In this document: positions 63,771 through 64,000 of the stretch, one piece after another
How positions within the stretch are numbered: position 1 is the first letter of the stretch
How the letters are laid out: the number at the start of each line of letters is the position of its first letter
Assembly: GCA_965153285.1 (NCBI GenBank)
Contig: OZ229110.1
DNA: 64,000 nucleotides
Source: Podarcis tiliguerta
Taxonomy: Eukaryota
Reading direction: 5' to 3' (one strand)
Made by a program: the position numbers and the translations under genes
Notes under the pieces: model-generated
What the model was told of the DNA's origin: nothing
Database searches by the model: none
The model's input: only the letters and a program-made list of their open reading frames with translations

Positions 63771-63889
63771 GCCGCCGCCGCTGCACGATTTCTGTTCTCA
63801 TCCTGAAGCAAAGTTCTTAACCCAAGGGTTAAGAAGTCTGGGTTAGCGGAGTCTGTAACCTGAAGTTTATGTAACCCGAGGTACCACTG
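63644..63889 (+). mobile_element. Tc1/mariner MITE, same family, with expanded (CTG)n
   Basis: TIRs and TA flanks; (CTG)9 at ~63743-63769. Confidence 0.9.
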
Positions 63890-64000
63890 TATTATTTAAC
63901 CCTGTCTTAAATTAAATGTCAGGGAACCTAAACAAGCAGCCCTAGGAATTGGTAGAATTCTTCCCTCTGCTGCCCCACACCTCTGGAGATTTTGAAGAGG

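Noticed and set aside
55200-64000. A divergent neighbouring gene upstream of FMNL2
   Set aside because: No recognisable exon of any other host gene; only repeats and unique non-coding sequence were seen.

Overview
Eukaryotic (squamate reptile, probably lacertid lizard) genomic DNA, not prokaryotic. The only confidently supported host coding sequence is coding exon 1 of the formin gene FMNL2 on the minus strand (54109-54225, [39 protein letters not shown], then a GT donor), which lies in a ~2 kb CpG island. Positions 1-54108 are the first ~54 kb of its very long intron 1; I did not find exon 2 in the window. Positions ~55.2-64 kb are upstream intergenic DNA. The rest is dense in squamate transposons: seven Sauria SINE copies, a Bov-B 3' fragment, a second RTE-clade LINE fragment with a C2H2 finger, L2 and L1 tails, tRNA/CR1-tail SINEs, TA-flanked Tc1/mariner-type MITEs and many hAT MITEs with 8-bp target-site duplications (TSDs). 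There is a 147-N assembly gap. I see no convincing new multi-gene system. The best leads are: (i) candidate alternative first exons of FMNL2 in intron 1 that would remove the myristoylated N-terminus; (ii) a uORF chain plus CTG repeat in the putative 5' leader; (iii) a Bov-B LINE and its partner SINE inserted in tandem at one triplicated target site; (iv) all six intronic Sauria SINEs are in sense orientation, possibly because the antisense tail reads as tandem splice donors; (v) MITEs spreading paired ZNF143/THAP11-type ACTACAnnTCCCA motifs. Repeat family names come from recognition, not database searches.
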